Of a DNA stretch of 64,000 bases, positions 16,701 to 30,337 are shown piece by piece; positions within the stretch are counted from its first letter, which is position 1; each line of letters begins with the position of its first letter. Source of the stretch: Tubiluchus corallicola (taxonomy: Eukaryota; Animalia; Priapulida); contig JAQGDQ010000201.1 in NCBI GenBank assembly GCA_030141605.1, positions 248,001-312,000 of the forward strand. Direction: 5' to 3'. The position numbers and the translations under genes are program-made. The notes beneath the pieces were generated by a model, which had not been told where the DNA came from, made no database searches, and saw only the letters and a list, made by a program, of their open reading frames with translations.

Positions 16701-18741
16701 GATCCTTGAACCACTGGAGTGGCCTCTCCAGGGCGCATGCCTGGGGCGAGGTGTATGGAGATCCCGAGTTTCCCAGACAACAGGAACCCCCTCTCTTCCT
16801 CCCTGGTAATAGTCCAAAGGAAAGCGGAGCAATACGTTTGGCACCAGGTTGGCTGCAGGAGCTGCCGGAATCAGTGAGCATGCTGCACTGGTCCACCTTC
16901 GGGGCTCCGCTCCTGATATGGAAGGTTTACTCCTCTACACATGGCCGTTGGGTTACTTGATCTCCTCCGTCGTCTAGCCATTGGCTGCTTGTGCAGCTCC
17001 TCCACCTAGTGTCGAGATACTGTGTGGGCATCCCGCAAGCCTACAGCACCTGGTGTTCCTAGGCGGTCACCCATCCAAGTACTAACCAGGCTCGATATAT
17101 ATATATATATGTGGATGTTTTATAGTTATATTTCTGCTATTTTAGCAACTCCATGCTTCAGAGAAAGACTATATCTCAGCATGTGGACTGCTAGGGGTTG
17201 GAGTAGATTTTACGCATGTAGCTGGAGCACAATATACCAAAATACTCTTCATGCTTAGTCGTGCAATGGTAAGTCAGCTTAGTTATGGATGTCATTAAAG
17301 TTATCATCATTGTCATTATTCTAAATGCTTTTGTAATTATACTTAAAAAACTATCTGCATGTGTGTCAGTTACATTTGTTTGAGGAGATACAGTAACTGT
17401 TCATTAAACATAGACCCGTGTTTTGGCAACTTGTTTATCACATGCAGCAAAGTGTATGAAACAAACAGTCTCAAACAAAATGTTGTTGCAAACTGCAAAA
17501 TTTTATGCAGTAATTTGTGAACAATTCAATTGTTATAACATGTGGCAAAATAAGCCTTTTCTGCTTGTCTTAACTGAAGTTTTATGGTGATAATTGTTGC
17601 ATCAAGTGCATATATGACAGTAAGTTTGTTTGCAACAGAAATTTAAACTGGTTTAATAAAATTTTGTGTGTGGCAGTGTTCAAATAGTGTTAGTCAAGCA
17701 CTCACACAAGCAAAAAATCTGTCATCCAAGTTCTGTGGTATACAGACTTTGCCTCATGTGTGACAGACATACTCACACAAGCGAAAATCTGTCATACAAG
17801 TTCAATATCATCTCTGGTGTCCAAACTTTTCGTCATGTGTGACAGACATAATTGATTAACTAACTGGTAATTTTTACTTAGTTTTAAGAGTAAACATGTA
17901 TGTAAGTTTTTTAATCTACCGTATGTAACAGCTTTATTTATTAATGCATTTGTTAATTGTTACATCCTTTTACTAACAGATAATGTTGATAGACCATAAG
18001 ATCAGTGAAGTTAGTCAGGTGCTAATGATCACAGGGCAGCTCATTGAGCAGTGGACGGGAAGCCCTACTCAGAAAGAATCTTTGCGGATATTCTACCTTG
18101 TATTACAAGTCTGCCATTACCTTATAGCGGGACAGGTGTGTATGTGTGTTTAACCTTTGATTTATGCAGAAAAGGAACATTGTAGACTTATTATCAATTA
18201 GCTCAGCTTCAGCCTGTAAAATGGAGATTCAGAAACTAAAGTTCGGCAAAAGTCAGAGATCTTGCTCTAAAACCAAGGAAATTTGCTGATACTTGTAATT
18301 GCGCCTGAATTTTTGAAGCAAAACTTTGCTAAATTATAAGGCCTAACTGACATTTGAAACGTAAAACACTGTGAATCAAAATGTTGGTGTAACTGCTCAA
18401 CATGATTAGCGCATGGCCTGTTCGTATGTTCTTACAAAAATCTAGCATTGATTCAGGTGTGTCATGATACATATCATACTGATTAGAGAAAACAAACTCA
18501 GGCCTACATTTTAGCATTTTCTTTAGGCATAATATGCTGTTATAAGAATCCTTTCCCAGCATTTTTAAAGAATTCTGTCTTATAGAAATTAACATATTTT
18601 TCTATATCTGAGGTGTTGTTGATCGTCTTAATTAAGATTACAATAGAAATGTCAGAAATTTCATATTAAGATATTAAAGCTTTTTTAGTGCCACAGCATT
18701 TCCCAAAATGGTTTTGAAGGTAAAGTGTGAGAAATAGAAAA

Positions 18742-18782
<41 letters not shown>

Positions 18783-21700
18783 TAAACATTAATATATTTG
18801 TTTTTCACTTTTAAATAGTAGTTTTTAACAGAAAAATAACGTAAATATTTTAAGATGTGCTGGCTGATATAACTGTTATTTTTGATAATGCCAAAATGAT
18901 AATGCTTTTCAAGTACTGAAATTCAATTAGGTACCTATATGCTAAATTTTTTTATCATCTATTTTGCTTTCCTAGGTAAAAAGTGTCAAGCCATGCTTAA
19001 AGCAGTTACAGCAGAGTATATTAAACATCACATCCTTACACGCAGACGATGAACCACTGCCTTCTAGCCCCGTAGATATGTTTCACTGGTTACCGAAAGA
19101 ACATATGTGTGTGCTGGTTTATTTGGTATGAATAGCTATTACTACGATTCAAGATATGTCGTAATTCTATTTTAACTGTGAATTAACTGTGAAAGGCAGA
19201 CACAAATTCTTTCTTTATGTAATATCGTTTGTAGAAAATATTAGGGACAATGATTTTATGTGAATTACTAACATGGACTTTAATGTGTCATTTAATTTGG
19301 TTGTCAAATTTTGCAGGTGACAGTTATGCATTCAATGCAAGCTGGTTACATGGACAAAGCACAGAAATATACTGACAAGGCTTTGATGCAAATTGCAAAA
19401 CTTAAAAGTAAGTTTACTTTTGATGCTTTTTGTATGCAAATTATACTGTGGATGAGTTTCACTGACGGCATCTGTAACCTATGTCTTATTCAAAAACTCA
19501 TCTTTATCGTTTGTTGTTCTCCTTGAGCAGTATGTAGTCACACTGTTATGTTATAACTATGTTATAACTGTTATGTTACACATAGAGCTTTTAAAAATTA
19601 TAATACTAGTTGGACTAGTAATGGTTTTTAGATAATTAACCAACCAAATAGATTTGCTTTTCAACAAAGCTAATTAATCATTAATAAAAAAAATTGCAAT
19701 TTTGGCATAATTTATACATATTACAAAACATTGTATTATTGTTATTTATTTATACAAAATGAATGTAGGAATGCTGCTTACTTTGATTTTTCAGTGGTTG
19801 ATTCCCATCCCATTCTTTCCACATTTCAATTGATGTTGCTTGAACATATTATTATGTGCCGATTGGTGATGGGAAATAAAAGCCTGGCTATACAAGAGGT
19901 ATTATTTTTTGTGCTTGTCAATGTGGAAAATACTATAATTGTTACGAATATAAGAGTAGAAATAAATTATTTCATATTTGTTCATTTGAGAGTCTGAATT
20001 ACATCTACAGTGAGGCAGAGTTAGTGCAGCAGTGACTGGCTGATGGGCGTAGTATGCATTAACATTAAAATGGCCAAATGCATTTTACATACTTGAAATT
20101 CTAGCACATAAACAATACACAATAGGCTATTATAGATAAATCTAAAATCCAAAGTCATACATGTATATAAAAATTGCTAGAAATCAGCAGAATTAAATCC
20201 ATAAGTCCATATAAATTTCTAATTAATTAAAAAGGCTTCTTTATAAAAATAAGTTTTAAGCAATGATTTGAAATTTTGAACATTACTGATTTTACTTGCA
20301 TGAATTGATAAATCAATCATAGACATGTGATTAAAGGTTTAGCTTGCACAAATTCCTTGGCAACGCGGTTAATTGCAATGGACGAGCGAGTGACAGATTC
20401 AAACCTTATATTAGTACATAACAAACATAGCTACATACAAACAAAGCTTTACTTAACATGGTTATTTCTATATACTAAAGCAAAGTAAAGATGATATCAA
20501 AGTAGTAAAGCTGTGGTTACACGCAAGTGTCTTATTTAAGTATTGAGTCAATTATGCAGTTATGTGACTGGATTGCCAACAGTTTTTATTTACATTTGAA
20601 TAGGAGTGGTGCCCTGACCAAACATTTTTGAGTCAATTAGATGCCCAATTTTCTTAACAGTGGGTGTAGTAAATGACACCCACGTTTCTTTTATATGACT
20701 ACTTTTGCAGTTATGGTATTTTGTTATGTGTGCATTTAGATTGTGCAAGCTGGACAACTATGTCACCAGCATCCTCAGTTGATGTCTACTCATCGATCAC
20801 AAATGCATACATTGCTTGGTTTATATGCAATGAGCATGAATTGCATGGAAGCAGCAGAAGCTCAGTTCAACACAGCTCTTCAAGTCAGCCCTCCATTGCT
20901 ACATGAGGTAACTATTATTATATAAAAAAATTAAATATTCTGTGTAGAAAAATGGTAGAAAAGATTATTAGTGATGTCTATGCATGACAATATTTTTACT
21001 GCTGCAAAGTTAGATTATTTTAATACCTATTATATTAAAGAGTATAGTTAAGATTTTTTCCTTGTTCATCTTGTTAATTCCTACTTGTGTTTGATGTCTT
21101 TTATGTGACTGTATTTTAACAGTTAGTTTCAAATTTTAATTTAGATTTTATAGAAGTGTTATTTACTCATTGGAATGAACTGTACCTTACATGTTGACAA
21201 TTTACTTGACTGTGACATACATTATGTTACAACAGCCCTGCACCATATTACATATTACTGTTATACTTGTTATACTTAAAAATGTCTTTTTGCTTGTGAA
21301 TGCCACACAAATATCTTTGTTTACTATTGTGTTGGCATATTATTTTGCTCTTGGAGAGTTCTTATCCGTGAACACAAGCTGCACGAATTCAAGAGAACCC
21401 ATATGCTGTTTTTTTTTTCATAATCATTATGTGATGCTTCGAGTTTTCTTAGGCCTAGTTAGCCTATTCGTAAAAACACCCCTGGGGGCATTGAAATTGT
21501 TTAGTGAACAGTGACCTCTATTAAATGGTCAAAAACACTAAGGACATGTCAATTAGAGTCATAACATTGAATATTTCTTAAGCTAGTATAGTACATAAAG
21601 TCGCAAAATTTAAAGATGGGTAAATAGAGTAAGGTCCTTGAAAATAGTTTGGTGATTGGTAACCCTGGTTAAAGTGTCAAGGAAACTGGATAATGGTCAG

Positions 21701-24700
21701 TTAGCTGGAATCATATAAAAGCTGAGACAGGAGCCAAAAATGCAAAAACAGGGCATACTGCTCGCTCACTCATGAATAAACTGCTTTGGGCTATAGTTAA
21801 GTGATAATTGGTCATGATCGCTATGCACGCTGATTAATCTGCAGGTATAGACATGACTTAACCATACTGGCTAAGTATAGTCAAGTGTAAGCAGGCATGC
21901 AAATTTAAATCTGAATTCATTCGGTCTTGTTTAAATCACACAATCTAAAATTTATTTTCCTTTGAACTATCTTTTTATGTTTTATTTAACAGCAAAACAA
22001 CAGAGTCAGACGTAGACATTTATCAACTTGAACTTGACCCTAATACTTTTTTCTCTTAAATTGCCATCAGGCAACGCTCTAGGTGACTTGACACATTAGG
22101 CAAGACATAGACATTTTTAGCACCCACCATTGCACACTTTTTATGCACAACTGTTCTTTCAGCCGTTTGCCCATTCATTTGAAAGTTTTTTAATCACGCT
22201 TTTCTTTTTCACGTACATCCATTTCATTGTTTCACCATCTTCACAATCATAACTCTGGTATATTTGCAAATGCTTAGAAAATGACATAATTCCGGAAGCC
22301 AGGTAAAGCAAAAAGTAGAAAGTGTTCTGTTGCAAGAAGGCAGCTCTGTGTTAACGCAGATGAATTATATACGTTGGCATGGAAATAAATTCGTGTCATT
22401 TAATTAAAATGTTGTGCACTTAAGCAAATACACGTATGTGTTATTAATACATGCAAACTTAAGATTAAGGAGTTACTTCTAGAATTTAGCGCCCTAGGCA
22501 ACTGCCTAGCTTGCCTATTTATATATTTGCCTTTTTGCATTTTATATTTTAGCAAACAACAGAGTCTGAATTGTGGACGTTTATCAACTTGAACTTGGCC
22601 ATAGTTTATCTACGTACTAATCGTGAAACAGATCTGATGCGGCTTCTTGAAAGAATAGATCCTGAGAGGATATCAGCAAACTCGCACAGCATAAAAGCAT
22701 CTGCCTACTATGTACGAGGTTTACAGTCTTTTTTTCAGGCTCGTTACAATGAAGCCAAGTAAGTGTTGCAATTTTTTGAAAAATAACTTTACATTTTTAA
22801 TTGCTATTGTCAGTATTTAAACATTTCATATAATCCCGGGTTGTCTACTGCAGTAATTGACTACTTTAGTGCTTTTATGTACCATACGAAACTGTGCTAC
22901 TTTGGCGCTTTTGGGTGACGCATGAAATTGGAAGCTAGTGACCGAATGGAGTATTGCACCCATCTCACATTGCAATAATTTTTAACACTGCCTCGTGCTT
23001 GCCTCATTGTTTAAATATGAAAGTTCTTTCTGTGTAAAACAACTGCAAGGCAATGGTGCACACTTTCTTAATCCATATTCTAGAATAAAAAATGTCAGTA
23101 AATTTTAGTTTTCTGTGAAACATGGCGAATTTTTATCAAAAATCCAGAGAATTTTTGGTTGCTGATGAATTGGAATGCTCAATATTCGACCTCAAAAGCA
23201 GCAGCCTTTTCTTAAAATTCAAGTTTTTCGTTTATAGGGGTGTAATCACTTAACTTTTTTGTTGTTTTTGTTGCATTTGTGACTAAATTTAAAGACGTGT
23301 AATTATTAGCATTCTAATTGGGATAATGTACTGAACTTCTATTTTTATAAATGTACTTTCAGCATTTCATTTGAACGGGAAAATGCATTGTAAATGGAAT
23401 ATGTCATCTTTTATGTTTTAACATAGTTACAACAAAGTGACTAACATTTTTACAGGCGATATTTAAGGGAAACTTTAAAGATGGCAAATGCAGAAGATCT
23501 CAATCGTTTGACATCTTGTTCACTCGTCCTTCTTGGGCACATATTTTTGTCGCTGGGAAACAGTCGGGTAGGAAAAGATAGCATTGCTTTAATAATGAAA
23601 ACCTTTCCTAAGGGTAGTTTTGATAATTTTGTTCTTGCTGCGGTGTGATGGCACTCAAGCCCAAACTCTGCTTTTTTCGTAGCCTATTAAACTAATATGC
23701 ATCCAGTTAGAGTTAGACTAAACTGAGCAAATGATGTTAGATATATTTGGAATCAAAAAATGGCAGTGATAAAAATGTTATATTTTGTTGTCATAATATA
23801 AAAACTTAGTTGTGTTCATGTTTCACACTTCCCCGTACTCGATATACACAGACGATATTTTATCATGTGTTGTGTTTAATTTCCTTTTTTACTTTCTAAA
23901 GTTTAATTTAGTTTAAAATATTAAAGAGCAATCATAAAATAAACCATAATTTCTCTGAATTCTTTGTACATAGCACCATGCACATTTTACATAGACGCAT
24001 CAAAGCAAGCTGAAGCTGCTGAACATTAAATAAGGCAAAAACTAAATGTCATTTAAGAAACTGATACTGTGTTTAAGAAGACCATTATTTTCAACAAGAC
24101 TTATAACATCCATTGTAACTAACACTGCACGGATCCTAAGATATTCAGATTCAATTCAAGTAAAAATGAGCTTTGCATTAGATTCAGTTTCCAAAATTTA
24201 AATCAGTATGGCTCAGCGATTCTTCATATAACATAAAGTGTAATCGAATAAGTATTTCATTAATTGGCCTTTATGTAATGCATTTTTTCTACCAAATGTC
24301 TGTGTTTAGTTGTTTCCATATTAATGTTTTTTTACCTTTTATTATGTATTAGGAGTGATTATGTTTTTTTACAGGAAAGCATAAACATGGTAACACCAGC
24401 AATGCAACTTGCTAGCAAAATTCCAGATTTACATGTTCAACTGTGGGCATCTGCACTATTAAAAGGTACTAGAATTAAAAAACACTAAACACCAATGTTA
24501 GAAGCTTGCATGGCCATGGGCCAGCTTGTAAGCCCTTATGCAGAGTCCAGCCAAGTAAATTAGGATTATAGAGCAGTATAATATTATAATTATGATATAA
24601 TCCAAATTAAATTAGGATTGTAAATTGCAGAGAGACAGGTAAGGAGGGACACAGGGTTTCTTTTTATGATACCACCGTTTAAGCACACTTTGCCGCCTCT

Positions 24701-26129
24701 TACTTGTTCCAGTTTATGCACAAATTTCTTACCATTCTAGCAGATAGTGTAAACGAAAGCAGTAACTCGCTGGTAACGGTAACAGCTAACTGCATAAAGC
24801 TAAATAAGGGTTTTTGCTAATTTCAAACGGGCATTTGTTCATTGCTTACCACGAGTGGGATGGGTATAGGCTTTAAATAATTGGCTTTGATGGGCTGACC
24901 CGGCTTTATCACCTGCTTGACAAGCATGGACTGGGCCAGGGCTAAAAAAAACAGGCCTGCGCAGACCTCTAATTAGCACTGCAAAAAATTTTGCTAGTAA
25001 GTGGGTGTCTGCGCTACTGAATTGTACAAAAATTAATAAAAGAAGATTAATTGCATTCTGAACAAATGTGCTAATTCATTATCTTTTTTGTAAAAGTGCT
25101 TCCTTGTTATTTTGATTGTATGTGTTCATTTGTTTCAGTTACTGGATTTATGAAGAAACTTTAAACTATGCTGTTGTCGGATCTTGTGTCAGTGAAAAGA
25201 CGAAAGCTTCTAATAGTGTTAATATATTCACAATGTGTATCATTAAACAATGACAAATACCTCATACACTGAGTGTTGTGTAACTAATTAATATAATATT
25301 AATACAAACTTAGAATGACATTCTGCTTTGATTTTCAGATTTGTATCACCTGTGTGGCGATCCAGTACGAGAGAATGAAGGCTATCAAATGCATACTAAC
25401 TTCAGTAACTTGTTATTAAAAGATTACTTCCAGTCATCTCAGTCTCCTGCACACAATCTCATACAAGTAAGCAAATTTGTAGAAAAAGTACTGCAAATAT
25501 GTTTAAAATAACAGTATTTTTAACAGGATATTTTAAATTTGTCCTAGAGAGGTTGATCTAAGCAATAAGGAGAGGCACATTGTGAACAGAAATACAAAAT
25601 TTCTGCGAAATGAATTCAGTGCGCTTAATGATTATAAAAAATGTGTTGTCATGGTGCCTAATAAAGGTCTAAGAGTAAAGCTAGACTAGCAAGTTATCAG
25701 TAAGGTACAACAGACTAAATATTTGTAGGTGTAAATATTAATGTAGCTTTCTATGTCTGCCAACCATCTAAAAAGCCGTACCAAAGCGCGTGTCTTAATA
25801 TTCTTCATAAATGGTTGTAGTTGCACCAGTTAAAGCAATTTTTTTCAACAAATGTGATAATCAAAAACAAATTTAGATCACCTGTGGTGTCAACCAAAGT
25901 GTATAGATTTCAACTGCACATTGCTATGAATAAACATGTCATGAGTGAAACATCAACAAAAAAACAAAGGCAGCAATAGCTATTATCATAATTATTTCGA
26001 AAAGAAATATATCTTGCATAATAGTTACTATTTCATTATGTCTATTTTCAACAGTGGACGGATGGGCCATTTCCTATCACTTCTTTTCCGTTATCATCTG
26101 CAGTTGGGGCAGGAAGTGAAATGATTTAA
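13763..26129 (+). CDS. MAU2: MAU2/Scc4 cohesin loader subunit (TPR), ~605 aa
   Basis: Exons 13763-14014, 14984-15001, 15455-15520, 16004-16105, 17146-17268, 17980-18135, 18976-19125, 19317-19407, 19795-19898, 20740-20883, 22553-22758, 23456-23567, 24375-24465, 25339-25466 and 26055-26129 sum to 1818 nt in frame. Motifs [86 protein letters not shown] and WTDGP. Confidence 0.97.
15002..15454 (+). other. U12-type (minor spliceosome) GT-AG intron, MAU2 intron 2
   Basis: The 5' splice site GTATCCTTT is the U12 consensus. A TTCCTTAGC branch-point-like motif at 15436-15444 lies about 10 nt before the AG, with no long polypyrimidine tract. Confidence 0.85.
16512..16634. repeat. Inverted repeat (42-bp arms) around a (TA)n microsatellite
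   Basis: 16512-16553 acattcccttgtctttcgagacagaaggatgccaacaacaac versus the reverse complement of 16593-16634, acactccattgtctttccagacagaagaatgccaacaacaac (4 mismatches). Confidence 0.92.
16591..17095 (-). mobile_element. 5S rRNA-derived SINE (SINE3-type), 5'-truncated, with GC-rich body and (CAA)n tail, flanked by (TA)n
   Basis: Minus strand: 5S rRNA 3' half (17095->17037), a ~445-bp GC-rich body in AT-rich surroundings, ending ttgtctttccagacagaagaatgccaacaacaacaa. TA repeats on both flanks. Confidence 0.8.
17037..17095 (-). pseudogene. 5S rRNA 3'-half fragment (SINE head; not a functional gene)
   Basis: tcgagcctggttagtacttggatgggtgaccgcctaggaacaccaggtgctgtaggctt matches roughly nt 62-120 of metazoan 5S (intermediate element and C box). 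The 5' half and oligo-T terminator are absent. Confidence 0.9.
17700..17849. repeat. Tandem duplication of a ~71/80-bp unit
   Basis: actcacacaagc.aaaatctgtcat.caagttc...tcatgtgtgacagacat occurs twice in succession. Confidence 0.8.
18746..18784. repeat. (TA)n microsatellite
   Basis: Run of AT dinucleotides. Confidence 0.9.
21970..22039 (+). pseudogene. Decayed duplicate of the MAU2 exon 11 acceptor and exon start (pseudo-exon)
   Basis: ctttttatgttttatttaacAGcaaaacaacagagtcagacgtagacatttatcaacttgaacttgacc versus the true exon ctttttgcattttatattttAGcaaacaacagagtctgaattgtggacgtttatcaacttgaacttggcc (22531-22600). Confidence 0.75.
24499..24971. mobile_element. Putative hAT-like MITE
   Basis: Left tagaagcttgcatggcc versus right-end reverse complement tagaggtctgcgcaggcc, with GC-rich gggcc/ggccc subterminal motifs. 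TSD not evident. Confidence 0.4.
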
Positions 26130-29100
26130 CCGAAGTTTCTCTTGCTGGCAGCATCTGGAATTAGGTGGCAAATTAGACTTCATCAACATGTCGTAACAGT
26201 TCAGAAATTAGTGTTAGTGTTGCTTTCACTTACAATATATCCAGCATTGCAATGTAATGGAAATTTCACAAATGAGAAATTACAATTGAATTGTATTTAT
26301 GTAAAAAAGTTAATGTAATGTATATTATATAATGCTGTATAGTATAATGATATCATTCGTAAAATAGTATTTGGTAAAGATTATGTACTGTCAATATTCA
26401 AATGCATATACGTAGTGTTATAAATTTTATAACTATTCTTAACAAAGTGAATCCTGAAAATAATGTGGCGGGCACAAGTGTTTGTTTGTTAATGGGATCA
26501 ATTTCAAAGGCCTATGCTTGAAAGGAGAAAGACACAGATCTGGCATTGAGATAAATAGTTACATCATTTATGGTAATAAGGTATAACGCTATCATAAGGT
26601 ATATTTTCATACCTCTGCACACTTGGAAGACAGGAGGCTGTTTTTGTTTAGCAACACCAAGCATTATGTTAATTCTTTTTAGGAAGCCTTGAAACTTGAG
26701 TGAGTAGCCAAATTAGATTTACTTTATTAAACTTGTGAGCATTTTTACACTAATACTATTATTACCGTGTATTAGTTAATTAGACTATTTATTGATGAAA
26801 ATGAATTTATTGTTTGTCATGAAGCTTTAAAATTTGTTTGAAAGAGGAGATGATGAAATTGTGAAATACATGTACCTTCATAGTAAATAAAGGTGATTAC
26901 AGTGAATTGTTTGGGCTGCAGTTTCACAATTCAGTTTCTTTTCCCGAGTGTTCTTTTAATATCGAAAATTTAATCAAATCTTGAATAAAAATTGTATTTT
27001 TACAATGAAATCTACTTTTGTTCAGTAGTAAATATGCCACAAAGCAACAATTAGTTTTGCTTTAGCCTGCCAAATATTGTTAAACACTTCTGAAAAGTTG
27101 CATTTATAGGAAAAATCTTTAGGCTTTTGTTTACGAGTGTCTATGAAAGTCTATGAGTGTTGTCACTCATGTTAAAATAAACAGTTTTATGCAAGGCATC
27201 AGACAGTTTATGCTTTACAGTAATATCAAAATTCTGTATTTATGCTAAGTAGTAATTATTCTTTAATATTATGAACTAAAGGCTGCTATAAAGTTTTATT
27301 TTACAACTGTGGAAACATAACACTAATCTTGTAAATATAAGAACTAGAACAATAAGTTATATTTGGTATTTCATGTCAAAGCAAATGTTATAAAATAATA
27401 ATTAAAATAAGTCGCCCAATGATCCTTAGATGCTTTACTAATTATTTTTTCTTTAAAACAAATGTTTTAACAAAATCATTGTTTTTAATTTATTCAGCTT
27501 TTTTATTTAAACAGTGGGTTATTCACTTGTACATAAGCTGAATGCAAATCAACAATTTTGAATGAGATGTTTTTTGAGAGATGAAAATTACTATTTAAAA
27601 TAGTCTTTGTGAAATTATAATGTGATTTACGTGGTTAGTATTTTTTATTATAAGTGATTGATTATTTAGAATACATAACAACATCTGACTGTCTTATATT
27701 GTTGCCTTCTAATATATGTGCATTCTGCTGGAAGTGGCTGTAACCTGTACATATATATAATATATATATGTATATATAGTGTGTAAACAAACAGAGTCGT
27801 TCTTAGAAATGCTTAGAAATGATGAAAAATTTTATTTGATTTTTTCAGTGTTCAATACACGTAAAAAGTATTTTTTGTAATTCATTTATTTTATCAACAG
27901 TACATAGGTGTTCTTATCACCTGATACACAATTTTTAAGTAATGTCTTATATAGACTTTACAGAAATGCATTCTTAAAAAGTTATTTTATAATAAAAATT
28001 AGGATGCTTTTATTATGAATTTTTTGTTTCTGATGGACTTTCTTCCTATTTGACACTTTTGAGATTTAGACCTTGTCAAAAGATGGTGCCATGTACCCAT
28101 AACAAGTTTTATTGTAGTGTATAACATTTGAGGTACTTTCTGAAGTGAAAAATTGTTCACCAAAATTTAATGTTATAATTGTTATGGTATTTCACGTAAT
28201 TCATGGTGTTTACTGTAAGGCACCGATACCAGCATCTGCGAAATTTATGCAGTAACAGAGAGTTAGGATCTGAGTTACCATTGCTTGTTTTGATTGGCTT
28301 GAACTTCGAGATCTAAATTATCAGGTTTTACTAGCCTCTAGAATTAAATTTCTAATATTATAAGCTTTTGCTGTGAATCTTATAGTATGATAAGATCTAC
28401 AGTGCTACATCATGAATAGAAACTTTTGAAAAGGAGGCAAAAGGAGCGTCATTACGTGTATGACTCGCTTGCCTGGTCAGTGCGGTTCGACTGTACTTGC
28501 CATACACATGCGCAGTTTTACGCACGAAGAGCAGTGGCGCGAAAATTGTTCGAGCGCGAGCGGTTGCAGTGTGTTCAGACTCCACGCTTAAATTCTTCAC
28601 ACCTGTAATACCAATACAACGAAACCGAAAGAACGAAATTTGGAGCTTGTTTTAAGGGAATCCCTGGAACAGATGCACCTAACTATCATAATGTTCTTGC
28701 GAATTTATAAGAAAATATATTGAATTTAATCCATGTACCCCGCCACCACGGAACTTCGCGGAGAACGTACGCGCTTCGCCACTCAGTCAATGATTCCCAA
28801 TGATTTCAGACGTACAAATGGATAAACGCGTTTGATATTTAATTAAACTCTTATAGGTTTACTCTGTTGTTTAAGTTTTATCTGTTTTCGTGTCAGTAGT
28901 ACTTTGCAGAATGTCTACTTTACATAAAAATTGTTGTAACAAGTCTGACCTTCTATTTTCTGTATTTCCAGCTGCATGAAAGAGTGTAACATGAACTTAT
29001 CCCACGCTGACTCTAGTAAAAATTTAGGACAGCACCGGTTTTTTTCTTCTGTAAACGTACCGGTAGCTTCAATTGTATAATCCAAAATTATAATAAAATT

Positions 29101-29509
29101 ATGATTAACAATTAAAAGACGTAAGTTTTTGAGTCAGTTCTCTTTTGAATTTTTGTATTCATTTACTACTCAGTACGTTGATGAAGAAACTTTATTCGTG
29201 TTTTCATTAGCAGAATGATGCTGATAATTACTATCCCTGGTGGTGTTTCGGTAAGTACCGTCAATTATGCCATCTAACTCGTGGCTCTGCTGATGTAAAC
29301 TTGGATATTTTTCGTATGCCAATAAGATTGATTCGAGAATAATTATTATTGAAAAAAAGGTTGCTTTTCCTCCATGCTTTACTCAAGAGGCGAAACATGA
29401 CAAGGTTAGATGTTTTCTGCAAATGAGATGTTTATTTGCGCTGATAAAGAGATATTGTTATTAAATTTTGTCACATTTCTTCTTGAGCTGTGAAAATCAA
29501 TGAAACGTA

Positions 29510-29863
29510 AAGTCTGATGACGTCAGTAGGCATCGTAACAGGGTCATCACACCTTACCATTGGTCGGCCTCCATGTTGAAAGGCACCCGAAGAACCAATG
29601 GGGTATCGTAATTTTGTTATTGTTTACAAATAAACAACTCGGTTGTTTACAGCGACCCTGAAGTAAGGTATGTAAGCCCCTAGGAAATGAAACAAAGGTT
29701 GCGCTGTCAGTTTGTGATTAGTTTAGGACTAGGAGGCAGGAAGACCGTCGCGAAAGAGGAGAGAGAACCCGGTGCCGCCATATTTGACATTTTGTGTGAA
29801 TAAGTAATTAAAATAGCAAGTCACTTGTCCTGGGCCTGGAACGACATATCAAGTATTGATAGT
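29510..29863 (+). promoter_or_regulatory. Probable GATAD2 promoter and non-coding first exon
   Basis: CRE palindrome TGACGTCA 29518-29525, CCAAT boxes 29559-29563 (reverse) and 29595-29599, forkhead-like TGTTTAC at 29621 and 29644, YY1-like GCCGCCATATTT 29774-29785, GA-rich leader and a candidate donor AG/GTAAGA-like site at 29862. Assignment to GATAD2 is inferred from position. Confidence 0.5.
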
Positions 29864-30337
29864 AAGATTTTTTTGTAAAGCATGTGCTTACTTTCATTAA
29901 AAATTAACTTGTTATTAGTGTAGACCTTTTTAAAAATATCTGAATTTTTAAATTTGCTTTCATCAAATAAATTCTTTACACAGTAATTCACCTAATATTT
30001 AATTTGTGTGGACATTTTCGCCGGACGTTGATAATTTTTTGTGCCTTTGTTGTTTTTCAATCATTTTCGTCCATTATTAATTAAAATTAATAAGTCAAAT
30101 TCCATGCCTTACATAAAATTAAAACTAATAAAAGTTACCTTTACACACAAAATATGGCTGAGTGCAATAAATACTATATTTATTTCTAACGTTGCTAATT
30201 TTACTATGTTAGTAGTATAATAATAACATTATTATAACTTTTTTAACAAATCTGATAAATGAGTTTAAGATGACTGTGTTAACTGGTGACTATAGTATAA
30301 AGTTTGTAATACATCTTCTAAGTGCCTATAATCTTTC

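Noticed and set aside
17037-17095. Functional 5S rRNA gene
   Set aside because: Only the 3' ~59 nt are present. The 5' half, most of the A box and the oligo-T terminator are missing, and the fragment is fused to a SINE-like body.
16451-17258. Cluster of overlapping short ORFs on both strands
   Set aside because: A by-product of the GC-rich SINE, the palindrome and TA repeats. The only real coding sequence is MAU2 exon 5 (17146-17268), in a different frame.
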